Shown one piece after another: positions 19,301 through 30,524 of a stretch of DNA of 64,000 bases. The stretch lies in assembly GCF_009914755.1 (NCBI RefSeq), contig NC_060948.1; one strand, written 5' to 3'. Source of the stretch: the human T2T-CHM13v2.0 reference genome, Homo sapiens. The stretch's first letter is position 1. The number at the start of each line of letters is the position of its first letter. The position numbers and the translations under genes are program-made. Below the pieces are notes generated by a model. It ran no database searches, was not told the DNA's origin, and saw only the letters and a program-made list of their open reading frames with translations.

Positions 19301-20029
19301 ATCAGACAATGTCCTGCATTTGTGGCAGAGTTAGTACAACAGTTGACTTAACTTTTAAAGATCAAATGGAAACAGCATACAGCCTCCTCACCACAGAGAT
19401 TAGGGAAGGTGAAACAGATGAAACAGACACTCAAACAGCTACTAAAAAAGTTTTGCCAGGAAACTCACTTACAATGGGATCAGGTCTTGCCCATGGTCCT
19501 CCTCCAGGTCAGGTGTACACCTACAAAACAAACTAGGTATTTGTCCTATGACATATTGCTCAGAAGGCCATCCCCAATCATTATCAAATTAGAGGTGATT
19601 TAAAGGAGGTAGGAGAGTTAACACTTAAGAGACAGATGCAGGCTTTAGGAGTGGCAATGAAGGAGGTGCAAAGCTAGGTAAGAGAAAGGATACCTATAAG
19701 TCTAACAGACCTAGTGCATCCACATAAGCCAGGGGACTCTGTCTGGGTTAAAAGGTGGAATCCAACAACCTGGGGACCCTTAAGGGATGGGCCCCATATT
19801 GTAATCATGTCTACTCCCACTGCTCTTAAAGTTGCAGGTGTCACACCTTGGATTCACCATAGCTGGCTGAAACCAGCAGCAGCAGTGACTCCGATGAAAC
19901 CAGTGGATTAGCCAACAAGACTCAGATCGCCCCACCTGAATAGTCCTACGGCAAAACCCAACCATTGGTAAGAAGGACAACTGTCCTGCTCCAACCACAC
20001 CAGAGGCTGGTCAGTCTACGCATGGCTGA
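16330..20029 (+). pseudogene. pol: HERV15 pro-pol, disrupted
   Basis: FLVNTGADFS protease motif (~16430), LDLKD, LQYIHDLL (YXDD site mutated), FTDGSS RNase H, IDFT/SDN integrase, GPHIV C-terminus. Confidence 0.9.
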
Positions 20030-20239
20030 AGCTTGAAGATCCTGCAAGCTCTGCTCTAGTCACGTCCAGGGAGCTAACTAGTGAATGCACAGCCGAAGCT
20101 AAAGGTCATCTCTGTATAAGTAAATTTGGATACAATTCATAACCCTAGTTATAATTCTGTTAATACTGATTGTTCTGTTGTTACATTACCACTGCAAATG
20201 CTGCCAATGTCTATGCCCAGAGGGAGGTTTGCCATGTCC

Positions 20240-22371
20240 ATGTGCAGTGTAAGCATGTTTCTATTACATACACTGATGTTGTTATCATTTCTGCCTATAT
20301 TAAAAGGGGAGGAATCTCTAGAAAGATGCCCACACTGTGTACATACTACCTGGGTAAGGAATACCTTAGTTAAAACTCTACTGTACCATACCTACAGTAC
20401 AGGAACCAAGTTAGGAACCTGCGCATACAACCAGATCACCTCTTCAGTCTGTGACCCAGGAAATAATCAGCTGCATGCATGTCATGACCCTAAGCGCTTA
20501 CCCTATGAATTCTGGTTTGAGGTACACATTAACAGAAGGAGAAAAAGAAGGAGAGCTAATAGCTTGAATCAAAGAAGGCCCTCCATCCTACAAAAGATCT
20601 ACTTCTTTGTACTTTGATGCCTGTCATGCCACATATGTTTATAATCCTGTAAAACCAAAAGCAGTCTGCAATGGTTTAACACAAGACAGGATTAGCAACA
20701 GCAGCCCTAAACATCTGTACTGAGAACCACAAATTGGATGCCCAGACTGTAACATTCTGTGGTCTATGCTAACACAGCTCCAACACTTATATTCAGGAAG
20801 GACTGCTCTGCTAAGTAGTATGTCAGCCAAACCAAATTGTAAGACAAGGACATGCAGTCCTTTAAATTTTACTATCATATAGCCAGAGCTACCTTTCTGG
20901 TCTACAGGACAGACAGCAGCATTATGAGTTGATAGACAAGGAGCAGGCCTTGGAGTTCCACTACTAATTGTCAAAAAGACTAGAAGGACTCAAATGTGTC
21001 CAACCCTGCAATTCTGGGTCCATAAGTCATTCTGTAAGCATTTTGATCAGTCAGTGCCTGAGCTTCCCCTATCAACCAAAAACTTATTTGCTCAACTAGC
21101 TGAAAACATAGCTGGCAGCTTAGGAATTTCCTCATGCTATGTAAGTGAAGGAACTCATATGGGGGACCAGCGGCAATGGGAGGCAAAGGAATTAATGCCA
21201 CAACATAAATTCACTTTGCCTAATCCTGCCAGTGAACCAACAGCCTCAGCTAGTGTTTGGTTGTTAAAAACCTCCATAATTGGAAAGTACTGTATCGCCT
21301 GTTGGGGAAAGGCTTTCACAGAGGCAATGGGAAAAACAATAAGCCTAGGGCAACAGTATTATGATGAGAGTAAAAACAAAACTCTACGGAGAAACTCCCA
21401 GAACGACTCCTAGTTACCAGATCCAAATGCTTTCTCTTGATTCTCTACCCTAAGCCACTCTTGGCATCAGCTAAAGATTCCAAATGCTTGGAAAGCACCC
21501 TCTGGCCTATATTGGGTCTGTGGAGCATGGGCATATCGGCAACTGCTGGCTAAATGGACAGGGGCATGTGTGTTAGAAACAATCAAGCCATCCCTCTTTT
21601 TAATTCCTCTAAAGCAAGGGGAACTCTTAGGGTATCCAGTTTATGATGAAAATAAAAGAACTAGAAAAAGCATAATGACAAAAATAGACACAAATGTCAA
21701 AAAGGATGCAGACATAGGAGACTGGAAGGATAATGAATGGCCTCCTGAAAGAATCATTAAATAGTATGGGCCCGCTATCTGAGCGCAAGTTGGGTCATGG
21801 GAATACCGCACCCCAATCTATATGCTCAACCGCATCATAAGGTTGCAGGCAGTCCTTGAAATAATAACCAATGAAATGTCAAGGAAACTAGATTTATTGA
21901 TAACACAAGCAACACAAATGAGAAATGCTACATATCAGAATAGATTGGCTTTAGATTACCTCTTAGCCTCAGAAGGAGGAGTATGTGGAAAATTTAATTT
22001 AACCAGTTGTTGCCTAGAAATGGATGATAATGGCCAAGCTCTAATGGAAACCACAGCTAGAATGTCCAAGTTGGCCCATGTTCCAGTTCAGACTTGGTCT
22101 GGATGGTCCCTGGATTCCTTGTTTGGAGGATGGTTCTCAATGTTTGGGGGATTCAAAACCCTCATTGGTGGGTTTTTGTTTATTCTTGGCATCTGCCTCA
22201 TCCTCCCTTGCCTTTTACCCCTGTATATTAGGAGTATTTGTCAACTATAGAGGCAGTAGTAACCCGAAACACTACCATGCTATTGACGGCATTAACCAAA
22301 TATCAGCCACTGCCAATAAAAGAAACAGCTCAGCTCCGGGAAGAGATGGCAAATAGTGGTGCTTTCTATTA
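20240..22371 (+). pseudogene. env: HERV15 env, ERV3-like, disrupted
   Basis: Signal peptide then CPHC (CXXC); KRTRK furin-like site; [18 protein letters not shown] immunosuppressive domain, CX7CC, TM helix; several in-frame stops. Confidence 0.9.
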
Positions 22372-22406
22372 ACATCTTTGTTTTAAAAAGCACCAAATGG
22401 GGGAAA

Positions 22407-22890
22407 TGGAAGAGGAATTGAAAGAAATTAAAGAACGTGTAAGCAAAAACTCAGTCGTATATAAGAAAACCCAGTTCCCCCTGAGGAAGAGAAAGAGCTG
22501 GAGTCCTTTAAAATTAACTGCCTGTTTTTCTGTGGCTAGTGAGCCTTATCTCTCCCTTTCCCAGGTATTGTGAAGACCCTGTTTCTCTAGCTGTGCAGCT
22601 GCAAGGTCACTAGGCAGATAATCTCAAGTCGTAAAACATGTTGTTTCTTGAAAAGTAAGAACTGATGTAATGCATATCTCAATTGAATAACTGTCTTTGT
22701 TTCTCTCTTCTGTAATATGCCTCACCCTGCACAGATCTCCTCCAACCCCACAAAATGCTTAAAAGGTAGCTTGACTCTGTTCACAGCTCAGTTCTTTCGG
22801 TGTTAATCTGACTGGGTCGGTGCACCTAAATAATTAAATAATTCCTCCTCAACCCCTAGGTCTCTCTGATTCCTTAATTATCCTGCTGCA
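22407..22890 (+). mobile_element. 3' LTR (LTR15)
   Basis: Preceded by purine tract aaatgggggaaa; direct repeat of the 5' LTR. Confidence 0.93.
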
Positions 22891-23060
22891 AATACTCAGA
22901 ATTTATTATCACTCTTTAGTGCAGTAAAGAAGTTTTGCCCATGGTTCCTGAACAGGGGACTATGGAGTTGGATGAATGGGAGAGAATTGGAAGAGATTTT
23001 AAAAAGGCGTATCAAGATGGAGCAGTGACAGATACCATGGAGGGTGCTTCTGAGGTGACA

Positions 23061-24273
23061 ATGGCAGAGGTGCCCAAGGAAGCCTGAGGCTGCTCTCCCA
23101 GTCATGACAAGGGCAGAGAGGACCACAAGCCCATCCCTTCCCTGAGAGGCCCTTCTGCTGCCACTGTCCCATGCCCCCGTGTCAACCCCAGGCTGAACCC
23201 CAGGCCCTGGGCTGGCCCACAGCCCCCAGCCTCACAGTTGCCACCACCAACAAATCAGAGCTGCCCAGCAAGATCAGGAAGTGTGGGGAGGCAGCCTCCA
23301 GCTCTGGTGCAGGGCTGCAGGGGCAGGCAGGCTGTGAAGTGCCCAAGGCACTGGCACCGTGGGAGAGAGGGGGGCAGCTGAGCACCCAAGAGTGCTCCTG
23401 GCAAGTGCATGACTGGCTGTCGGAGTTCTGCTGCAGCTATGTCACCTGGTGCAGTGGCCCAGCCACCTTCCCTGCCTGCTGCAGGCCCCAACCATTCCCA
23501 CAGAGCTTCCCTTCGGGCAGTGCCACCATCCCTGCACATGGGCTATTATAAACCCTTCTACTTCCAGTCTACTGTACCGGGCCTGACCTGGGGACAGCTG
23601 CTGGCATCAGCACCCCTGCTCCAGTTGCAGGCCTGGGACCCTGGGCTCCTCATGTGTAGCCATCAGTCCAGGCCACTCCAGTGATGAAGGGAGGATCTAC
23701 AGCCCCTTTGAGAAGCCCAAGTGACCCTCGGTGACAGGCAGGCAGAGAATACATTATTCCATCCTTGGGCCACAGATTTATGACAGAGAAGATGGATTTC
23801 TTTATTCTTTCCTTTGTGAAAACAACAATTGTCTTAAGCATTATGCACCTCAGTGGGATAAATGATATCTCTAAGTTTGCTATGCATTATATAATGGAAG
23901 AAATAGATGAAGACAGATCAATGGAAGACTTGCAGAAAATAATGGTTGTGGCTCTTATATACAGATTATTTGTTTGTTTTATGAGATAATTTGCATTTGG
24001 GGAGCAGGTGGATCTACCCCAGGGAAGTTCCTGCTGGGGCTTCGAGTTGTGACATGTGATATATTAGTAGTGCTTATTGCACCAAGTCAGGTTTTAGTGA
24101 TTCCTTCCTCAACTGTTAGCATTACAATGTCTGCTATATGAGCTTTGATCAAAAATTTTTGTATAGCTTCTTTTTTCCCTGATTGCATCACACTGCTGTT
24201 TTTTCCGCATAATTGAATAGCCTATGACATTGTAGCAGGAACCATTGTGGTAAAAAGAAATGGGGTCAGATGA
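23061..24273 (+). pseudogene. FAM8A4P: Intronless FAM8A1 copy inside the HERV-K element (UTR parts extend ~23024-24683)
   Basis: ATG 23061; PQAEPQA, GYYKPFYF, DFFILSFVKTTIVLSIMHLSGINDISKFAMHYIMEEIDED, C-terminal AGTIVVKRNGVR* ending 24273; frameshifts and CpG decay; symbol from memory of the Yq11 copy. Confidence 0.88.
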
Positions 24274-25712
24274 TGCCCCCCAAAGCCCTTATTACCACAC
24301 AGTATAGTAACAAGACTAAATTATGTATCAAGGCCATCAGTATCCCTGGGTTACACTAACTTATGATTTAGAAATTAAAGCAGTCATTCCAGTGTGATGC
24401 AAGTGACTACTCTGAAAATATCGATTTTACTTGAATGCCAAAGAACTTTTCCAGAAGAAAAACCTATTAAATTCAAGTATTAAAATTTTTAGATCAAAAA
24501 GGCAAATGATTTTATAGACAATGGACTATATATACTTTCTTAAGATCTAAGAATTTGCTGAAAGTATTTTCAGCTTTTAAATCTCCAAATGAAACTTTAA
24601 AGTTTATTTTGGTTTATCTCAAAATAATGGAAAATGTCCAATTGTGTTTTGTAAACATGTATGTAACTCACCTTTTAGTTCACACTTCCTAGGGAGCCAC
24701 CAGAGAAGGTCCCCACAGAAGTTAGCGGACCCTTACCCTCAGGAACAGTCAGTTTATTTCTTGGAAGTTCTAGTCTAAATTTAAAAGGTGTTACTGTGCA
24801 TAAGGGATTAATTGACTCTCACTATACCAGAGAAATTCAATTAATTATTAGTTCCTCAAATCTGTGGTCTGCCTCTCCAGGGGAAAGAATTGCTTAGTTG
24901 TTGCTGTTACCTTACATGAAACTAGGAAGCAGCACAATGAAAAAAACAGGAGGCTTTGGTAATACTTAACCCGCAGGAAAAGCTGTGTATTGGATTAATC
25001 AAGTGTCTGACAAAAGACCTATTTGCACAGTAACTATTCAGGGAAAATATTTTGAAGGACTAGTACATACTAGAGCTGATGTCTCTAGTATTGCTATAAA
25101 TCAATGGCCCTGGCACTGGCCTAAGCAAAAGGCAACCATCAGTATTGTTAGAGTAGAAGCTGCCTCAGAAATTTTTCAGTTTTCCTTGATTTTACCATGT
25201 CAAGGGCTGGATGGTCAGGAAGAGACAATTCAGGCTATCATTACATCTATTTCTGTTAATTTATGAGGTAGAGACTTATTGCAACAATGGGATGCTGAAA
25301 TTTCTATTCCTATGGATCAGTAGAGTAATAATAGTAGACAAATGATGAAAAATATGGGATATCACCTGGGAAAAGGACTATAAAATGATAATTGGCCAAT
25401 CAGAATCTTTAGAATTAAAAGGGCCAACAGATTGGACCAGATTGTGGTATCATTTTTCGTTAAGCCTCCAACTCCCATTCCTGTTTGGCTAACTGCCAAG
25501 GTTTGGGTGGAGCAATGGCCGCTGAGACAGAAAAAACTGGAGGCTTTAAAAGAACAGGTGCAGGAACAATTGCAAAAGGGACATACAGAGCCTGTTTTCT
25601 CCCCTTGGAATTCTCCTGTATTTGTCATTAAGAAAAAAATCAGGGAAATGGAAAATGTTAACAGATTTAAGGGCTGTTAATCCTGTGATTCAACCCATGG
25701 TTGTGCTACAAC

Positions 25713-26544
25713 TGTCTCCAGAATTGGTTCCTTCCAATGGGTTCTTGGCTTTGCTAACTTCAAGAATGAAGCTGCAGACCCTTGCGGTGAGTGTTACAGT
25801 TCTTAAAGATGGTGTGTCCAGAGTTTGTTCCTTCAGATGTTCAGATGTGTCCAGAGTTTCTTCCTTCTGGTGGGTTCATGGTCTTGCTGACTTCAGGAGT
25901 GAAGCTGCAGACCTTCGCAGTGAGTGTTAAGGGTTCTTAAAGGTGGCACATCCAGAGTTGTTCATTCCTCCCAGTGGGTTCGTGGTCTTGCTGACTTTAG
26001 GAGTGAAGTTGCAGACCTTCATGGTGAGTGTTACAGTTCTTAAAGGTGGCGCATATGGAGTTGTTCATTCTTCCTGGTGGGTTGTGGTCTCGCTGACTTC
26101 AGGAGTGAGGCTGTAATCCTCTGCAGTGAGTGTTATAGCTCATAAAGCTAGTGTGGACCCAAAGAATGAGAAGCAGCAAGATTTATTGTGAAGAGCAAAA
26201 GAACAAAGCTTCCACAATGTGGAGGGGGACCCGAGCGGGTTGCCACTGCTGGCTTGGGAGGCCAGCTTTTATTCCCTTATTTGGCCCTGCCCACATCCTG
26301 CTGATTGGTCCATTTTACAGAGTGCTGATTAGTTCATTTTACAGAGTGCTGATTGGTGCTTTTACAAACCTTTAGCTAGACACGGAGCACTGACTGGTGC
26401 ATTTTTACAGAGTGCTGATTGGTGTGTTTACAAACCTTTAGCTAGACACAGAGTGCTGATTGGTGCATTTACAATCCTTTAGCTAGACAGAAAAGTTCTC
26501 CAGGTCCCCACCCAACCTAGAAGCCCAGCCAGTTTCACCTCTCA
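25713..26544 (-). mobile_element. LTR12 (ERV9) solo LTR inserted in the HERV-K RT region
   Basis: Repeated gctgattggt (CCAAT) units and 'gaagctgcagacc' repeats; 4-bp TSD CAAC at 25709-12 and 26545-48. Confidence 0.93.
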
Positions 26545-27012
26545 CAACCAGGCTGCCCTCCCCAACAATGATGCCTAAATAGTGGCCTCTCAGTAATAGA
26601 TCTAAAGTATTGCTTTTTTTACCATTCCTCTAGCTGCCCAAGATTATGAAAAATTTGCTTTTACTGTTCTAAAGAAATTGTGCAACACTGTTCTGCCTGC
26701 CAAGTCCTGCATCAGCCACATCAAGGAACAGGAGTTAACCCAAGAGGTTAATCTCCAAATTCCATTGGCAGATGGATGTAACAAATATTTCTGCTTTTGG
26801 AAAACTGTCCTTTGTTCATGTTTCAGTAGATACCTATTGACATTTTATCGGGCCACATGTTAAACAGGGGAAGCTACAGCTCATGTTAAAAGACACCTTT
26901 TATCTAACTTTTCAGTTATGGGAATCCCAGAAAAAATCAAAACCGATAACAGCCCAGGATACTGTTGTAAAGCCATGGCTATATTTTTTCAACAATAGAA
27001 CATTACCCATAC

Positions 27013-27702
27013 AGTGTCCAGAATTTATTCCTTCCAGTGGGTTCTTGGTCTCGCTGACTTCAAGAATGAAGCTGCAGACCCTCATGGTGTGTGTTACAGT
27101 TCTTAAAGTGGTATGTCCAGATTTTGCTCTTTCAGATGTTCAGATGTGTTTGGAGTCTACTGCCGTACCACCCTAAACGTGCCCGATCTCGTCTGATGTG
27201 TTTGGAGTTTCTTCCTTCCAGTGGGTTCGTGGTCTCACTGACTTCAGGAGTGAAGCTACAGACCTTCGCGGTGAGTGTTAGAGCTCTTAAAGGTGGCACA
27301 TCCAGAGTTGTTTGTTCCTCCTGGTGGGTTTGTGATCTCGCTGACTTCAGGGATGAAGCCGCAGACCCCTGCAGTGAGTGTTACAGCTCATAAAGGTAAT
27401 GTACACCCACAGAGTAAGCAGCAGCAAGATTTATTGTGAAGAGCAAAAGAACAAAGCTTCCACAGCATGGAAGGGGACTCAAGCGGGTTGCCACTGCTGG
27501 CTTGGGTGGCCAGGTTTTATTCCCTTATTTGGCGCCACCCACATCCTGCTGATTGGTCCATTTTACTCAGTGCTGATTGGTACATTTACAATCCTTTAGC
27601 TAGACACAGAGTGCTGATTGGTGCATTTACAATCCTTTAGCTAGACACAAAAGTCCTTCAAGACCCCACCCAACCCAGAAGCCCAGCTGGCTTCACCTCT
27701 CA
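27013..27702 (-). mobile_element. Second LTR12 solo LTR, inserted in the HERV-K integrase region
   Basis: Same motifs; 4-bp TSD ATAC at 27009-12 and 27703-06; integrase sequence ITHT|MGIPYN resumes afterwards. Confidence 0.93.
27155..27197 (+). pseudogene. 5S rRNA 5' fragment (nt 1-43), tailless retrocopy
   Basis: gtctactgccgtaccaccctaaacgtgcccgatctcgtctgat vs 5S GTCTACGGCCATACCACCCTGAACGCGCCCGATCTCGTCTGAT; flanking direct repeat gatgtgtttggagt. Confidence 0.92.
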
Positions 27703-28867
27703 ATACTATGGGTATTCCATATAACTCACAAGCACAAGCAATACTGGAAAGAGCTAATCGTACTTTAACAACTCAAATACAAAAGCAAAAGGGAGGGGAC
27801 CAGGAATATAAGACACCACATATGCAATTGCATTTAGCTTTATTAACATTAAGTTTTTTTAATTTACAAAAAGATCAACCCATGACTGCAGCTGAACAAC
27901 ACCTGATGGGACAAAAGGATAAGAAAAAGGCTGGACAAGATATATGGTGGAGGGATGAACATACAAAGAGCTGGGGAAAAGGAAAGATAATTTTATGGGG
28001 AAGAGGATTTGCTTTTGTCTCTCCAGGTGACAATCAGGTACCTGTGTGGGTGCCCACCAAACGTCTGAAGATCTACCATGAATCACAGCATCTAGTGGAT
28101 CCACCTGTACAGTGCAAATTGAAGAGGTTTAAGGATTGCTTTTAAGCCTCAATTTGTGTTCTCTGTGCTTTTTGCCAGAAGGGGCCTGCTTCTCATTATC
28201 AATGGTAAGTTTTATCCCATGGTAATTAACCAAAGAGGCAGAGGCTGAGTTACAAATGCTTCAACAATGGCATGCCTCCTGGCTACAGCCACAAAAGTTT
28301 TTGCTTCTGTTTCAGTAGATTTACTAACATGGGGGTGAAAGTATGCTTGTGTTTTTGCAGGAGACACAAACCATGTAGGTGCCCTCAAGATGTGTACAAC
28401 CATGGAACAGGGGACTGGAAGGACCCATGGATCCCAACCACGGACCAGGTTCACCAAGCCATGCTGAGAAACTACTGGAGTGCCAGGGTTTTACCTATGC
28501 TTAACTGATCAATGCTTTTTAACTGAACTCCTCTCTACCGTGAATACAAGAGACCCTAATAGGCAGGCAAGAGTATCATCACCCCTATTCAGCAAGAAGA
28601 AGTTATAGAAGATGGACCTTCATCCTCCTGAAACCGCTAACATTAAAGGTTCTCTTGTAAAAGGGAAAGGGGAGATATGTAGGAAACGTTCAAACCAGAG
28701 CAACTCCATTTTGAATAAGGTCTAAGAAAAATGAAGCTGGATCACCAACCGGCAATTAAGGGCTACACAGCCTGCAATTGCCTTGCTCAATTAATTTTAA
28801 AAAAGGCCACCTTATGCTAATAATAATGACAGCTGTGGTGGTTTTTATGAAAAAGAGAAGGGGGGCA

Positions 28868-29213
28868 TGTTGGGAGAAAAGCTGAGTGTTGGGAGAGAAG
28901 CTGAGGCAGGGCTTGCATTTCTGCTAGACTTGCTGGCTCCTTGCTTCTAGCACTCCCATTATCTCAAGCAGCCATATGTTTCTCATTCATTTGTACACTG
29001 TTTCCTTTCAACCCCCACATCCTCACCACCTGTTTATTTGTTTGAGCAGCAATAAATAGGGTGGGCTCCCAGAGCTCAGGGCCTTCGCATCCTCCACACT
29101 TGCAATGGCCCCCTCGTCCCACTTTCTCTCTCCAACTATCTTTTTCTCATTCCTTTGACTCTGCTGGACTTTGTCACCCCCACGACCTCATGTTGGGTCT
29201 GATCACCCCTACA
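28868..29213 (+). mobile_element. LTR14-family 3' LTR (346 bp)
   Basis: PPT aaaagagaagggggg, then TGTTGGGAGAAAAGCTGAGTG; aataaa at 29051; ends cccctaca. Confidence 0.8.
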
Positions 29214-30524
29214 GAGGGTCTTTTATGGATGCCTCAGAGAGCCAGCAGTACATTCCTTGGGGACTTGCCTGATCTGTTCCTGGGATAACCTAGCTTGGTT
29301 TCTCCAGAATTCCTGTTTTTGCTTTTCAGACTGAATCAACTGTGCACATGTGTGACCCAGACGTTCAGTGCTGCCAAAACAGCCAGTGCGTGTCTGTTTT
29401 GGCTGGAAGAAGACGTTTCTTCTGAGGAGCAGCCTCCCTGCTAAATCCAGCTGGCCTGGCCCTGACAGAACTGCATGTCAGGTAACTGGACTTTCTTGGG
29501 CTTTTTCTTACAGGCAAGCTTTTGCTCCTGCAGAGATGCTCCACGGCTTATTCTCAACAGAACACTCGTTTGCGCCAAACTGCGTCTTTTCAAACTGCAT
29601 CTTTTCTGTCAATGTTTTATAAGCAATTTCCTTTCAAAATAATAATAATAATCAATGAAAATGTCAAGTACATATTTTACATGGGAGATTTCTAAACGTA
29701 ATGTGTAAGAAAAATCAACAAGGGAAGATGTACCAAATGGGAGGCATTGCATCCACACTAGATTCTTGTCTTAGAGATGCTGAAGGTACATGCAGTGAAC
29801 GTTGAGGAGATACTGGAGATGAAAAGCAAAATTGGGTTTGGGAACAGGGCCCAGGCAAAGCGCTGAAGACAGGCTTACTGCCCAGGGCTAGAGATCAGGG
29901 CAGGAATGGAAGGTTGTGATTCCTTCTCCCTGGAAGAGAATCAAAGGCTACCTTGTCAGTCTCGCATGGGTGTTTCCTCATCTGCTTCTTTTATCTTTCT
30001 TTTTATTGTATTGTATTATATTTTATTGCATTCTATATTTTATCATTTTGTTTTATTTTAAATTCAGACAGGATCTTGCCATGTTGCTCAGGCTGGTCTC
30101 AAACTCCTAGCCTCAAGTGATCCTCCCATCTCAGCCTCCCAAAGTGCTGGATTACAAGTGTGAGCCACCATGCCCAGCCTCTTGTAACTTTCTGAAGATA
30201 TCTTGTATCTTTAGAATAAAAAATAGAAAGTTTTATTCAGTAGCAAAAACTCAATCTGGAGCAAAATGTGTAACATTCTAAAGGTTAAAGTGCAGAGTTC
30301 TTTGGAAAAGAAAAATCTGCTTTTATTGTGTCACTAAATAGAGAAATACATCACTTCAGAGTTAGGCCACAGACTTGATATCTAACCGTACGTCATATGA
30401 CTTTTTAACAATGACTGAGGGTCGTTTATTTAGACACCAATATACCAGCCAGATAAAACAAATACAACCAGTCATGTTCCCCAGGCAAGTCAGAAGCAGC
30501 CCATAATATGCTTTTCCTTGAAAA

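Larger units (their letters stand above)
13157..22890 (+). mobile_element. Full-length decayed HERV15 (RRHERV-I) provirus; likely the proximal AZFa-flanking copy
   Basis: Paired LTRs with TG...CA ends, tRNA-Ile-like PBS, gag-pro-pol-env remnants, PPT. Remembered AZFa STS primer pairs match: sY746 (13018-13233), sY83 (20563-20839), sY1064 (22814-22923). Confidence 0.92.
22891..29213 (+). mobile_element. 5'-truncated HERV-K14 (HML-1-type, betaretrovirus-like) element carrying FAM8A1
   Basis: Gag MA fragment TQNLLSLF..CPWF..EWERIG (22891-23023); dUTPase-protease (24684-25400); RT start [20 protein letters not shown]; integrase GIPYNSQ..ERAN..WGRGFA; PPT and 3' LTR. Confidence 0.88.

Noticed and set aside
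21822-22250. 142-aa open env TM frame with an intact immunosuppressive domain (possible co-opted env)
   Set aside because: Upstream SU/TM sequence has several stops (e.g. 21762, 21780) and frameshifts; there is no signal peptide in frame.
25713-27702. Regularly spaced repeats resembling a CRISPR-like array, or two LTRs of a single mini-provirus
   Set aside because: These are the normal internal repeats of LTR12. Each LTR has its own TSD, and the DNA between them is HERV-K pol.
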